The translations under genes were made by a program, and so were the position numbers. DNA of 64,000 bases from positions 72,602,001 to 72,666,000 of the forward strand of contig CM060733.1 in the NCBI GenBank assembly GCA_030704615.1, in the 5' to 3' direction. Below are positions 1-13,719 of this stretch, one piece after another (positions within the stretch are counted from its first letter, which is position 1; each line of letters starts with the position of its first letter). Under the pieces are notes generated by a model. The model did no database searches. It saw only the letters and a program-made list of their open reading frames with translations, and had not been told where the DNA came from. The DNA comes from Takakia lepidozioides. Taxonomy: Eukaryota; Plantae; Bryophyta.

Positions 1-2
1 TC

Positions 3-2366
3 TTGGTGATGCCTTTTGGGCTCACCAATGCACCAGCGACATTTAGCACGCTGATGAACAGCCTTTTCCAGGAGTGGTTGGATGACTTTGTGATCGTGTA
101 CATCGACGACATCTTGGTGTACTCGAAAACAAAGGAGGAGCACCTGGAGCACCTCAAAAGGGTGTTCCAAAAATTGCGAGAAGGGAAGCTGTATGCCAAA
201 GCTTCAAAGTGCGAATTCGGGGTCACAAAAGTGGAGTTCTTGGGGCACGTGATTACACAGGATGGGATCAAAATGGATGACAGAAAGGTGAGGGCGATCT
301 TGGACTGGGAGCCTCCGACTTCGGTCCCGGGAGTGCGATCCTTCCTAGGACTCGCCTCCTATTACCGGAAGTATGTGAGAAATTTCGCCAAGATCGCGGG
401 GCCGCTGTCGGACCTTCTGTGTAAATCCAAAGTCTGGGTATGGAACACATTTTGTGGCCAAGCTTTTGCTGAATTGAAGCAGCGGATGACGGAAGCTCCA
501 GTCTTAAAAATCCCGGAGTTCGATCGTCCGTTTGAGATTCATACAGATGCATCAGACTTCGCAATTGGGGGTGTACTTATGCAAGATGGACGTCCAGTGG
601 CTTACGAAAGTAAGAAACTGAATGAAGTGGAGCGACGGTGGCCGACGCACGAAAAAGAGATGAAGGCGGTGGTACATTGCCTTGAACTCTGGCGCCACTA
701 TGTTGGTTCCAACCCAGTGAAGGTGTTCACGGACAATGTCACGGTGAAGTATTTTGCCACGCAGCCCAAGTTGTCCCCAAAACAACTTAGGTGGCAAGAT
801 ACTTTGGCAGTGTTCGACGTGGATATCCAGTACAAACCGGGACGGGACAATGTGGTGGCCGATGCTTTAAGTAGAAAGCAGCAGCTCTTGTTGGTGTACA
901 AGGGCGAGACGGCGCTCCAAAGGAAGATCCGGAAGGCTTGCCGGAAGGATGAGCTGGCAAAGTGCGTGATGCAGAACTTGAGAATGGGGGTTAAATCGCA
1001 GTTCCACTTGCAAAACGGACTGCTCCGGTATAAGCAAAAACGTCTCTATGTGCCAAAGGGAGGGATCAGGGATAGTCTCTTGAGAGAATGCCATGATAGC
1101 CCGCTTGCGGGCCACGGTGGAGCCAAGCGCACTGCGGCACTCTTGAAGAAAGAGTATTTCTGGCCCAAACTGAGGGAGGAGGCAGAGGAGTATGTAAAGA
1201 CATGCACCACATGCCAACAAAACCGGAGCGAGTATAAAAAGCAAGCGGGGCTGTTACAACCCTTGCCGATTCCAGAGGGGACTTGGGAAAGCGTCTCGAT
1301 GGATTTCATGACTGCTATGCCGCTGTCAAAAGGATTCGATGCAATCATGGTGGTGGTAGATAGGTTCAGTAAAATGGCCCATTTCATCCCCACCAAGGAG
1401 ACGGCTACTGCGCAGGAGACAGGGCGACTTTACTTCGCCCACGTCTTAAAGCATCATGGAGTCCCGAAGGATATTGTCTCGGACCGCGACCCAAAGTTTA
1501 CGAGTAAATTCTGGAGAGCACTTTGGAAGAAGATGGGGACGAGGCTGAAGATGAGCACCGCCTTCCGACCTACGACGGACGGCCAAACGGAAAGAGTGAA
1601 TTCCGTAGTGAAGCAATTCTTGCGGAATTACGTGTCGGCAGACCAATCAGACTGGATGGAACACTTAGACGCGGCAGAGTTCTGTTATAATAACACAGAA
1701 CACTCCGCGACGGGAGTTTCCCCTTTTGTGTTGGTCTATGGAAAAGCACCTCTGGTGCCGACAAGTTGGGCCGCCCAGGACGTTGAGGAACCGGCAGTAG
1801 CGGCGGTACTTGAAGAACGCGAGCGTTTGTTGAAGCTCGCAAAGTACAACATTGCCAAAGCTAGGAAACGGTATGAAAGGCAGGCGAATCGGAAGCGGAG
1901 GGAAGTGAAGTTTGAGGCAGGCACAGAGGTCTGGTTGAACATCAAGAATTTTCGACTACCTCCGGAAATGAGTCCGAAGTTCGTACCTCCGTATGCGGGT
2001 CCCTTTCGCATTCGGAGGGTTATGAATGAGGATGTGTATGAATTGGAGCTGCCAGCAAACAGCAAGGTGCACCCAGTATTCCATGTCTCCCTTTTGAAGC
2101 CTTACTTCAAAGATGAAGCACGTCCGAATCGGCAGCAAGTGTTGCGTCCGCCACCTATGCTGTTGGATCATGAAAATGAACCCGAGTACGAGGTGGAGGC
2201 AATACTTAAGTCGAGGAGGTTCAAGAACCGAGAAACGGAGTATCTCGTCAAATGGAAGGGCTATCATCTTGTGGAGGCATCTTGGGTGCGTGCCTCAGAA
2301 ATGGGAAACGCATCCGAGGCAGTTGCAGCGTTCGAAGGGCGACCTCAAAAGCGGAAGAAGCGTTGA
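3..2366 (+). CDS. pol: Ty3/Gypsy (chromovirus) Pol, 5'-truncated by window edge: RT - RNase H - integrase - chromodomain
   Basis: Uninterrupted 787-aa ORF. RT: [12 protein letters not shown] and YIDD. RNase H: [12 protein letters not shown] and DALSR. Integrase: HHCC finger, SMDF and SDRD, and a [13 protein letters not shown] module. C-terminal chromodomain [20 protein letters not shown] followed by basic tail QKRKKR. Confidence 0.97.
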   Translation: MVMPFGLTNAPATFSTLMNSLFQEWLDDFVIVYIDDILVYSKTKEEHLEHLKRVFQKLREGKLYAKASKCEFGVTKVEFLGHVITQDGIKMDDRKVRAILDWEPPTSVPGVRSFLGLASYYRKYVRNFAKIAGPLSDLLCKSKVWVWNTFCGQAFAELKQRMTEAPVLKIPEFDRPFEIHTDASDFAIGGVLMQDGRPVAYESKKLNEVERRWPTHEKEMKAVVHCLELWRHYVGSNPVKVFTDNVTVKYFATQPKLSPKQLRWQDTLAVFDVDIQYKPGRDNVVADALSRKQQLLLVYKGETALQRKIRKACRKDELAKCVMQNLRMGVKSQFHLQNGLLRYKQKRLYVPKGGIRDSLLRECHDSPLAGHGGAKRTAALLKKEYFWPKLREEAEEYVKTCTTCQQNRSEYKKQAGLLQPLPIPEGTWESVSMDFMTAMPLSKGFDAIMVVVDRFSKMAHFIPTKETATAQETGRLYFAHVLKHHGVPKDIVSDRDPKFTSKFWRALWKKMGTRLKMSTAFRPTTDGQTERVNSVVKQFLRNYVSADQSDWMEHLDAAEFCYNNTEHSATGVSPFVLVYGKAPLVPTSWAAQDVEEPAVAAVLEERERLLKLAKYNIAKARKRYERQANRKRREVKFEAGTEVWLNIKNFRLPPEMSPKFVPPYAGPFRIRRVMNEDVYELELPANSKVHPVFHVSLLKPYFKDEARPNRQQVLRPPPMLLDHENEPEYEVEAILKSRRFKNRETEYLVKWKGYHLVEASWVRASEMGNASEAVAAFEGRPQKRKKR

Positions 2367-3272
2367 TGGGGACATCAACCTTGGAGCGTGGGGGAGGAAA
2401 TGCATGCTTAGCCCGGTTTAGCTAGCTCAGGAATCCGATTGCAAAAACTTGTATTGTACAAAAATTTGTGATAAAGGAAATGGGTTCCAAATATTGTGCG
2501 TCCTATTGTGTTTGGAATGGTGATGCATGGTGTGGTTGGCTGGTGTGTAGAATGCATGCTAGCTTACAAAAGTGGGAGAGGTAAATTGGGTTAATCGTGT
2601 GTTTGCGCAGTGCCGAAATCGGGTGACTCCCATCCAAGGGGCAAGGAAACTTGCGCCTTATTTGGGAGTTCAAGTGCTAGTGCGCACCTGGCGCGTGCGC
2701 GTACTATAACTGCGCTACCGAGGGGGTTGCCTTGTAGTGCGGGCTAACGCGGAAGCTACGTGCTTCCGTTCACGTACTATAATCGTGTAGCCTCGGGACG
2801 AAGTCGTAGTGCGGCTTCGGCGTGTTCCCGTACCTCAGGCCAGCATTCCAAGGCGGACCCAATTGTAGTGATTGGGGCGCACGGTTGGTTCAAGGTTATC
2901 TTCCTAGTCAAAGAGGGTTTCAGGTGAACCCTTGCTCAAGGTGATGCCAAAAGCGGCATCATGAGCGATCGCAAGCAATGTTGTTGCAGTAAGGCGATTC
3001 GATCCTCGGGGAGGATCGTTCCTTGGCCTTGAAGTAGGCCAAGAAGAGTGCACTGGGAGGAGCTGGAGAGGCTCCACCCTTGGCCGGGACTTGGAGGAAG
3101 TCGGCCGAACTAGCTAGTGGAGAGTGGAGTCAAGTGTGGGGTTTGGTTCTTTGCCATGGGACGCCATGGTACGGAAACAAACTCCTTGATGTGGGACGCC
3201 ACAACTTGGATGTTCGTTTCTACAAAATGGACAAGTCGATGAGGACATCGACTCCCTGTTGGTAGGGGTGTG

Positions 3273-3998
3273 TGTCGCGGCCCTTTGCCTTGAGGGCAGG
3301 GGGTCGGGACACATGAGAGGCTGCCCCTGTGGTGGGGGCAGCGGCGGCGATAGGTATGGGGGGCTGAAGCACCCTTGAGTGCCCAAGGCACTCAAGGAGG
3401 CGGAGGCGCTCACTAGGTGGAGCCCCGCACACCGGGTTGCGGTGGAGGTGGCTCCACAAGGGGTGGTGGTAGCTTAGTGGGACTTAGTGGGGGTGGCATA
3501 GGACTCACCATGGGGTGGAGACCTCGAGGTGGGAGTCGTGGGGAGTCTTGGGACTCATCACGGTCCATTGGGGCCGCGGTGAGTGGGCCAAGACTCACCG
3601 CGACTCACCACCGGGAGTCGAGGGTTTTCGTGGTGGTTCGCCATAAAATGGCATGGCTGGTTATGAAACCCCCGCGGACAGCTACAGAAGTATATATAGG
3701 GAGTAGTAACCCCGAGAACGGTGCAAGCCCGTTGGTGACCAAAAACTAGTGAGTAAGCGAGCGAGCCGGAAAGCGACCAAAGAGTGGGGAGCTGTTCCGG
3801 ACTGCCATCTACCAAAGGGAATTCTCCTAGTCCCAAAGAGGTGGAGGGTTTAGAGGGAAGCGAAGGGGGGACCGTTATGTCCCGGTGAGCAGCCGAAGCT
3901 CCAAGTTGGCCCGGGCGGCCAGGTTGGGAGTCAGGCGCGCGCATCAAAGCGAGTAACTATGACTTGAAGGGGAGCTTACCGGAGTGAGGTGCGCGACA
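3273..3998 (+). mobile_element. 3' LTR of the Gypsy element
   Basis: Starts TGTCGCG and ends CGCGACA (inverted termini). Preceded by PPT-like GGTAGGGGTGTG (3261-3272). TATATA at ~3691. Homologous to 14810-15652 in reverse orientation. Confidence 0.85.
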
Positions 3999-4945
3999 AC
4001 TTTCTTCCACTTCATTTGGTGTTGCTGTTACTGCACCACAACATATACCCTTAAAGCAACTCAGGCCTCCCAGTTGCATTTCTGCAACCTGCTCCCACTC
4101 TGGGTGTGCAGCAAACAGAGTGGCTTCCTGCTCCTCATCAAGCCCTCCCCTCCAGTCATACTCTCTGACTCCACGAGGTCTCCGAGTAGCAGGTAGCCTA
4201 CCAGATTTCTTAGTGGTGATCTGTATCTTGTGCTTCCCATCATGCACAGTCAATAATTGGGAATTCCAGTCATGGAATACCCTGGCCTGTTTCAGCCATG
4301 GTCGACCCAGCAATAAGGAGTAAGCTTCCATGACATCATCCATTTTCAACACAGTCACTGTGATCTTAAAAATCATCTTCTGAATATGTATCTTTACCCC
4401 TCTTATCAAGCCCAATGGCTGTACACTCCTTTGATCTGCCATTGTTACTGTGAATGGGGCTGGTTTCATGTTACTCAGACCAAGCTTCTGCCTTAATTGG
4501 TTTGTCATGATATTCACTCCCGAGCCTCCATCTATCAGTACATCAGTCAGGTCTGTGCTTCCAATTCTCAATTGGATTACTGGCATGGAATCATCAAAGT
4601 CCATGACAGTTTCTGGCCCTTCAGGTTTCACATTATAACTTGTCACCTTGTTGTTCAGGTCTGTATTCTCCGTCACATGAGCAATCTGATTGATTGTTTG
4701 ATACAGCTTGTGTCTACAATGGGGTGCCACAGCCAATAGCTGCCCAATTGTAATCTCAGCTTTGGACTGGCATATTACTTCAACCAAAGCCCCTTCATTA
4801 TCCTGCACCTGTGAAGCCTCTTGCATCACTTCATCTTCACCTTCCTCATTTTCTTTTTCAGAGTCCGTTGACTCTTGAATCCGTTCATGTATCGTTTTCA
4901 AGGCAGTGGGATAGTATACTTCATGTCCCACAGTCTTGACATATG
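3999..4945 (-). pseudogene. Gag-end/aspartic protease fragment of a second Gypsy element, interrupted by the chromovirus insertion
   Basis: ORF 3957-4931 has retropepsin motifs VLIDGGSGVNIM and LLLGRPWL, plus a degenerate zinc knuckle near 4945-4910. The reading frame runs into the LTR end at 3998. Confidence 0.85.
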
Positions 4946-6295
4946 CTCTGTTTCCTATCTACAGATCTGAGTTATAACTTTGGGTTTTGAGGAAACATTC
5001 CTTCCAAGTCCATCATATGTTTTCTGAGAATTATGCTTGCATTGTAGATTACAATGTTTTGGCAACTTGCAAATTGTGCGTTTATGTAGTCTGCATTATG
5101 CTTGCTTTAAAGCAAGCATAATTCTGACCACTTCCACGTTTTGCATTGGCTGCCTTGCAGTTTAAAGTTCTGCGTTTATCTTGGCTGCTTGCAGTTTGAT
5201 GTATTGCGTTTATCTGTTTTGGGCACTTCCGAGTTCACCATATCTGGTGTTTGAATTACGCTTGCTTTAAAGCAAGCTTGATTTCGGTGGCTTCCAAGTC
5301 CATCATATGTGTTCTCAAAATGCTTCCTTTCAACATTACATTGGATCCATTTGCCCCGGTCGTTTCTCCCTTAATTTGAGTAAAAGGGCCGCCTCTGTCC
5401 CCTTTCTTTAAAAAACTAAAACAAAAAAGACAGTCTGCCTTTGGGCACAAAATGTTGGAGATGTAATAATGACTGTTCCATTTCTTTAATATATATACAT
5501 ATATCCTGCCCTCGGGCAGAAAACGTTGGAGACGTAATAATGACGCAATTGGGACTACAAATTTGAGATACATGTTTGACCATGTTGTACATAGAATTAT
5601 GTTACAGAAGATTTTAGATGGGCACTTTTTCACTACAAAATGGGTGTCACATGTACACCATATTGGAAAGGATCCGCGTAGCCAACTACAGTCTCAACTA
5701 AAATTTAGTGACAAGGTGTTTGCTTTACAAAGTAGCAATTATCAACGGTTCCATCCTAGTTTGCCTTTTAAGTACACTCACTATACCCATGCTATACCCT
5801 TCCACCCAAAAGAACTGCAAAGCTTATCCAAAAAATATACTGGCTACACACAGCGACTAACACATAGCTAAATACCCACCATTTATTGCTCTTGAGCTAG
5901 AGTGACAGTAATGTACATCTCAAAAGGACTGATGCAGGCTTGACCGCAACGGGAGTGAGACAAGCTTTGCTCTATAACTCACAGGTAAAATTTACCTGTA
6001 CTCAGTGCCAGTAGATTAACTGTTCTCTGATGGCATGATACATATACTCTACACTCCTCTGGGCCACTCTACCATGACAGGCAGTTGAAAACCACACTTC
6101 CACTCAAAGCCCAGCCAAAAACCCATAAGTGAATTGGGGAAAAAAGGCCACTTGTCTCTTTTTTCTCTTTTCTGTCTTTTGAAGAAAAAACCAAACTAGG
6201 CTTTGTGGCAATGCCCACAGTTTCTTTCTTCCTATCCCACCTAATCCAAGTAACCACCCATTGCCAAAAAAAGGGGAGATGTCACTTGTCAAATT

Positions 6296-9200
6296 TCATT
6301 TGTTAGTGATGCGTGCAAGCTTATTGCTCATACCGATAGAATGGAGCTTTTCATAGATTTCGACTTCCACAGTACTAAATGTAACCATTGCTTGGAACAT
6401 ATATGGAAGGCCTGTTTGCAGACTGTTGAGGGTGTAGGCTCGGGTATCAGCTATAGCTTTCCGCTCTCTCTCTCGCTCCTCCTCCAGTTTCCTCCTCGCT
6501 GTCTCCAGCCGCATTCTGCGCTCTATAACCTCTGATCGCTCCGCAACACCCTCACTCACAATCATCTCGTAGTTTTCATCGCTTTCTGCAGAAGTACTTG
6601 TCGGAGACCGCAGGGGGAGAGCAGGTAGGGAGGGCAATTCCCGCATTGATGCACTCAGAAGAGAACTTTCTCTCTTCTCCAACTCTCTTAAACATGTCTC
6701 AACTTTCTTCTTGATTCGCAGCTCCTCTGCCTGCAGATGTGACATCTCTCGAACCACTGCAGCAAACCCAGCTATTGCTTCCTGGGCAACCTTGTCTGGC
6801 AGCTGATCAAGAGAACTCTGCCACTGCTGGCAGAGTGCATAAAGTGGGGCAGCACCCACACTATGGAGTGGGGAGCGAGGTGAGTGTGACCCATTCCTCT
6901 CTCTTTCCACATCATCAAGGCCAGTTTGCATGAGGCTCAGCCGCAACCAAGCATTCAGATTTTTCATGTAATCTCTCTGAGAGAAAACCACCCTTCCAAA
7001 TGACTCAACCCACCTGTCACAACCGACAGTCCGCCAGCCAAATATAGTTCTGAATTAGCTTAATATCCCTGCTATGGACATCATAGCTGTGCTTTCAGAT
7101 CACACTGCTGCAAAGTCAGATACTTCCCATACAACACTCGTAGTAAAAAATACAGAATATACTATTCATCTTTGGGGGAAAGAAGAAAAAACATGCCGAT
7201 GTGTAAGAGGCATTTACTTGCGAAGTGCTTAGTCTAAATGAACAATAGTAGCTTGCCGGTGAGAGCTGGGAAAAATGACAAGATAAGAGAGGTGTTTACT
7301 TGCTGAGTGCTGAGTCTAAATGAACAGTAGCTTGCCGGTGAGAGCTGCTGGTTGCCTCAACCGCAACAGACTTGTCAAGTGACCTCATCAATTCAACAGC
7401 CAGTTTCTGAGCTTGGTGGCAGTCACACATCTCCTTCCACATGCCCGACATTCTGTTCATCAAACCAAACATGCATAATGTTTCATTGACTGTCTGAAGA
7501 CAAGCTGCATTCCTCATGCGATAGCCCTTTCTGCAGTTAGAAAAAACTGAACCTACACAGCTCTGCATTGCGTTATTACACAAACCTCTACGAGAGCTCA
7601 ATTAATGACAACTTGCATATACATGTACTCCTCAGACCCTTCTTACCCTTCAAGTAGTTCCAAAAGTTGTGGGTAGAGCTCATCATCTCTCAACTTCTGC
7701 ACAGCGGTTGCAGCACTATCTACAGCTTGAATAGCAACCACCATACGAGTCTGAAGCATTTTGATAGTGGCGCGAGTTTTGTCAATTACTAGCTGATCTT
7801 CACCCTTGGCATCCTGATTTCGGTATGATGTGTACTTTTTCTCCAACTCAATCCTCAGTGCATCAGCATCCTGTGATACAAACAATAATGTAACTTCAAC
7901 TTCAACAGTGCCAACGTTTGATGACATCTCATCCAGCAGATGCAACAACATAAAAGTTGTAATTGCATAAATAGTATCTGTAAACAAACATGCAGACCGT
8001 GCACCGAAACAATGACAGTACACCCGACACGATGGAGTCACAAGTTAAAACACAAAATCCTTTGATGTAAATTGCCTCTGGAGACAGAACAAGAATAGAT
8101 TAAACTAAGAACCTGTTTCTTAATCAATTGACCTGCAAGGAAGGAAAAAACCACCTGTAAGGAAGGAAACAAACAAGAACGAAAATTCACGGAGTAAGGG
8201 GGGCAAACCATAACACATTGAAAGTACGATTTGTACCTTGACTTCATCATACAGCTTCTTTTCCCATGCATGAAGACGGTCGAGTGTGGATGCATGGCTG
8301 CCAGTCATGCCACATTCTTCGTTCCATGCCACACTGCTCAAGCTGCTTAAGCTTCGGATGCTTCCTATACTGGCAGTGTCATCACTCATGGTGCTCAGGC
8401 TGCTGGCAGACCTGAGATGACCTGGGGACGAAGACTTCACTGGATGCCTCCAAAATGTTGGATTGAACATTCTTGCAGACTCGCCAACACCTGTCTCAGA
8501 AAACATGGTATGATCAATCCACCCCAGAAATCAAACTATTGGAACAAGTCGATAAGTGCAATCTGCACAAGGCTCAGCTTGTGTAGCTTTAAAATAGACA
8601 ATTATAGACTTGGGGATTGGTATAAGAAAAGGAAAACGACCCGATGACCTACTTCATTCCATGAGAGAGAGCCCCACCACTTCTAATGCCCAGCACACAT
8701 TGAGCGAGGAAGGTGGGGAAGTGTTGGATTAGTGAAGAGGCTCTAACTCCAACAATCAAAGAACTAAACGACCCTAGTTGTAGGGAGTGAAACGGATGTG
8801 TAGGTACTGCACCAGAAGACCAAACCAAGGTACCGCTGCAGGTACAAGACTTGTGGCTCCTTCAAGACCTGTTAAAAAATTCTCATCTTTAACGTGCAAG
8901 TAATCTTACCTCGCAAACTTTCTGAGAAACTGGAGTGATAATGGACTTTCTTGGTCTCCAGCATGCGAGAGACTGCCTCCCCACTCTCGGCAGCTTTCAA
9001 GAAAAGGTCATCAACCTCCCTGAGCACATCAAGGAGATCCCGTCCACCCTTGGGAGGTACAACAATAACTAATTCCTTCTCAGTCTTGACAAAAAATTTC
9101 TCCTCACTCTTCGCAACTATTGCTGTCTCGGCAGGAGGATCAGGTATCACCTCCACCTTCTCTACAGGCTTTTCAATCTCTTGTTTCTCATCATCGGAAT

Positions 9201-10420
9201 CCTGCAGTGGACGTGAGTACACCAGCATATATGAGTTTTAAGTAAGATAGATATTGGACCCTGTAAATACAATTCTAGAAAGACCAACACCTCTGGCGCC
9301 ACGAACTGAACCACTACTCAATCAGGTCATCAGCAAGTGCAGAGTAAACCCAGTTTTCTGAAATATTTTATTGCTACCAGTGAAGACAACCCTCACTTCA
9401 AGAGAATCATGGCAGACCCTATAACATTCATACAGTAGAGTAACCTCAATCAGAGTCACAAGTGCAATCTGACTGACAGAATGTACTTTAACGTAGGCTT
9501 GTGGCTAAAGAGAAGATAACAACTCAGCCATATTTCAGTTCAGCGTTAAATTCAGACACTACCAGACACATACACTGGGAGTTTCACCCCCCAACGACGA
9601 AGATAGATGGACATGAATCTTCAAAACTGGTAAACGCACATACGCACATACTTTCACAGCCAAAACTGTACTATGACCATGTTACCTTAGGACGGGGTCC
9701 ATCGATATCCTCGTCTTCAAGTTCTGGCATCCCCTCCTCCTGGAGCTGCTTGAGTTTCCTATTCTCATCCACAGCGGCCTGAGCCTGCTGCTGCTTGGCC
9801 TTTCGCTGCTCCATGAGATGAAAAGAAGGTGGTGGAGGACGGAAAGGGTCAAGAAAGAGGTCTTGCCAGCTGCTACGAGCAGGTGGTGGGGGCGGGGGAG
9901 GGTTGCCAGGGTGAGGTGGAGGGGGTGGAGGTGGCGCTTGAGCTAGGTATTTCCAGTCATCATCCAGTGAGACAGGCGTAACAAGAGGGGGAGAAGGGGA
10001 GCACGGCTCCTCCAGTATCATAGGTTCTGGATGGCTGATAGCAGAATGGATGACTGTGGGAAGACTTACTGCACGAGAGATTGGGAGTTCGATACGAGGA
10101 GGTGAGGGAGGAGGCGGGGAAGGGGGAAGAATTGGAGAGAGAGGGGACGGAGGCATGGGTGGGGGTGGAGGGATAAGGGCTAACTTCGGAGTGGAAGGGG
10201 CGGGCGGCAATACAGTTGTTTTTGGAGTTCCTGGATCCTTGACCTCCCCTTCTGCAAATTGGCGGAACGCTGCCCCAGCGCCTTTCAGGGCCTGCAGATA
10301 TTGAGCATGAGAAGCTGCGAAAGAATGTCGAGAAGAGACAGCCTGCTTCATGAAGCGCTTGCGCGCCCTGCAACGCGCCACCCCCTCCTCATTCTCCACC
10401 TTCGAACTCACGCACCCCAT
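6296..10420 (-). CDS. DUF630/DUF632 domain protein (NRG2/APSR1/REL2-like family), 6 exons, ~791 aa
   Basis: Exons 10420-9686, 9201-8910, 8490-8237, 7870-7647, 7452-7300 and 7013-6296. All introns are GT-AG with consistent phases (2376 nt total). DUF630: MGCVSSK..VARCRARKRFMKQAV..FAASHAQYLQAL. Pro-rich linker. DUF632: FLKAAESG..VSRMLE, HASTLDRLHAWEKKLYDEVK, LRDDELYPQLLELL. Confidence 0.95.
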
Positions 10421-12527
10421 CGTCTTGTCGAGCCTTTGATCGGAGGATTTTATCTCACCAACAGCTTCCCTTTCCTTTCCACACAGGTTGACAGTCAAGC
10501 TTCAAGGCACCCAAAGCAACCACCACACTGCTTTGTAATTTGTCCCTCTACAAGAACTTCAATCACAGTTCAAGCCTTCGGTCCTCCTGCTTACGTGGAA
10601 TATACACTTCTATTGTAGAGGATGCGAACTCTTCTCCCTTCTTGGACTCATGAACTGAACATCCCAGACCCAAGATAGAGTTATCAACAACCCTGCGTCG
10701 CCCGTGCTGTGCAAACTATTGTGCCGAGAGAACCTACCGGAGTGCGATTTCACACACAAGTAACAAGGTGCCAATAATCTATCGGAACAGTTAACCCAAG
10801 GCTTCAGGACAAGCGACACTCCAAAAAATCACCGGTATCCCTGGACAAAGACTGCCCCTTCCGCGCTACAGGCCGGTGAACAACCGATGGCTTGTACTGC
10901 CAAGAAAATGAAAATCTTCGCTTGTATTATGAAAGAAGACAACCTAACGAGTCCCACGGCTCTCTCAGTGCCTGCTTCATCAAATCTTTCCAATGCATCC
11001 TCTCTCTAGCTCGACGTCGGCCCGAAAATCTGTGCCCCCTCGCTTTGCCACGAAAGACCCGACCCAAATGTCTGCTCTTTCCGAGTACAAGATGGAGGAG
11101 CAGTACCCACGAGGGAAACGTTCCACCAGGTATCTTGACAAGTCCAAAGTTGCCCTAGCTACCCTTTCACTGCACTTTCCCACAAACTATTCCTCCACCG
11201 TGAAACCCGGCATAACTCAGCCTCTAAATACCAGACGAACTGGCTCGTTGGACAATACGCGCAGAAGGAAGAGGGCAAAAGGGGTCGGTACGTCCAGGAC
11301 GGATCAAGGACCTGAGATGTAGGGCCACACAAGCAGCACGGTACAAGAAACCGACACAGACATATCGAAACAAGGCAGGAACAAGAAGAAAGGAAGCAAG
11401 AGAGGGATACAGGAAGATCAAGAGGAAGGACAGATGGATGTACAAGGAGGGCAAATTGTGTATGGAAGGAAGGTAGGCGAGCAAGTAGAGCAGAGCAAGC
11501 AGGTGAATTAGGTGAGGTCTTGAGCGGGGCAGCCAAGCACAGATTATGTATAGCGCAGCCATTGCCGTACTGGCCTACTGCCTCCTTTCGCCACCCTACA
11601 TTTGAAAACACGCTTAAGTGAGGCCTAATTAGCACAGAATACGTACCCTAATGGTCGTGCGTGGATGATGATGTGGGTGATTAATCGCAAACAAAACTCG
11701 GGCCATTGGATGCCAGCCTTAGGATTGCATCTACTGGAAGCTTCCATTTGCAGAGCAATTCTAATGACACGCACATGCACCCACAGTTGGATAAAACCCA
11801 TACCTTCTTCGTTAACGACCGTTCCATAAATCATTCATCTATTCACCGGGCGGGTGGAAAAAACGGCAAAGCTCCTGTCGGATGGCGAAACCTGCTGACG
11901 CCGCGGCGGCTTCCAAGCCTCGAGCCAGTTAGGCGCCGCCTCGGTAACCGTGCGTGCCACCAGGTTCGTCAAGGAACACCCGCCGAGAGAGCAGAAGTTC
12001 GGGCTCGCCTCGGAAGGTCGGCAGACAGCCGTGCCCTCTTCCGAGCCTGGGCTCACAGGCTCCGAACCAATTGGACAAGGACAGGCTCGGCGTGGACGTC
12101 GATCAGGGCGGGCTGGCGGGAGCCACGTGGCAGCGCAGACAACGGGTCCAATAGCGACGTATGGACACGCTCTGGAGCGCAGCCTAGAAATAAGTGCGCT
12201 AATCCTGTTTATTCGTCCTAACTGCCTGCTAATTTGGTTTAGGCAACCTTAAGGGTTTGGGCACCGCTTGTGAGGCCTCACCGGTTAAATCAAATCGGTG
12301 TTGACAGAGGGAGGCTCAATAATTGAACCATCAAATCATAGGTTCCAATATTGAGGGGCTGTTGCCACAAAGTTGAGTTTGGGCCCAGCCACGTGCCGCA
12401 GGCCTCAAAACCAGCCCCGTCGCGTGGCAGGCCAAACGGTCGGTGGCTGCAGCCCCGCCCTCTCTCTACCCACGGTCCCACGCCTCATCCGGCAAAACTG
12501 CATTTAAGCGAGACTTATTTCACCACA

Positions 12528-13678
12528 TCAATATATGAATAGAGACGTTTGTTTTGTTTGGAGTTGAGATGTCCCAAACTGCGGGCCCCACCCCCCACCA
12601 TGAGTGCTTGGTATGGTTGGAAAGCCTTTGATGAGGTGCACCCAACTTGGTCTCATGAATTTTTGGACCAGCGGTGTGGGAGATGTTGAATTTGTCTTTG
12701 GAAATTCACACAAAATAGCAAAGTCGGCTCTTCGACAATGATCGGAGCCTCGAGGGGAGGGATATCAAGGAAAGGGGTTCAAATCAGGTCGTAGGTTCTG
12801 TTAAAAATGATTAGACTTAGATGACTTAGATGACATTGGACACTTGGGCCAACGACACACGCTACCCTAGTCAATATATAAAGGAAGCCAATTTGTTTGT
12901 TTTGTAGCATTGAGATATCCCAAACCGCGGTGTCCCAGCCCTCGGGCTTGGTACCATTGGAAAGCCCTCCATGAGGAGGGGTGCACCAGCTTGGACTCAT
13001 AATTTTTGGACCTGCAGTGTGGGAGATGTTGAATTTCAAGTACTTTTGGTCGTTGGAAATTCGGGAAAAATAGCAAAGTGGGCTTTCCCGGGACAATGAT
13101 TGGAGCCTCGACATGCGATATATCAATAATGATTAGATATATTGCTACTCAATAAGTTCATGGACAAAAATAAATCGGGCCTTGACATGGGAGACGTACT
13201 TGGATACATAGGAGATTACACAATGGGTTTGGGCGTCGACATAGGAGATGCACATGGAAGATGCCCTTGGATACATAAAACATTGCACTTGGGCTTAGAT
13301 GGCCCTCGACATAGGAGACGCACTCGGATACATAGAAAATTGCACTTGGTCTTAGATTTCAATTCTTCACACATGGGCCAACGGCAGGGCTACCAAAGTG
13401 GGTTCTCCTGGAGCAATGATTGGATATAGTACTACTAAATAAACTCACGAAAATAAATAAATTCTTTACACATGGGCCTCGACATAGGAGATACACTTGG
13501 ATACGTAGGGGATTGCACTTGGACTTAGATGACACTTGGGACAATTGGGCCAACGACACAGACTACCCTAGAGGTCACACTTGGGCCTCGACATAGGAGA
13601 CGCACTTGGATACATATGAGATTGCACTTGGGTTTAGATGACAGTGGACACTTGGGCCAACGGCACAGGCTACCCTAG
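12528..13678 (+). mobile_element. Head-to-tail pair of non-autonomous Helitrons (12528-12870 and 12871-13678)
   Basis: Both units start TCAATATAT and end ...GGGCCAACG..GCTACCCTAG. Outer flanks are A and T, and the junction reads CTAG|TC. The first ~240 bp of the two units are homologous; unit 2 contains internal minisatellites and extra 3'-end copies. Confidence 0.75.
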
Positions 13679-13719
13679 TATACACTACATTTAGCCAGAA
13701 AATCATAGAATACCGACAG

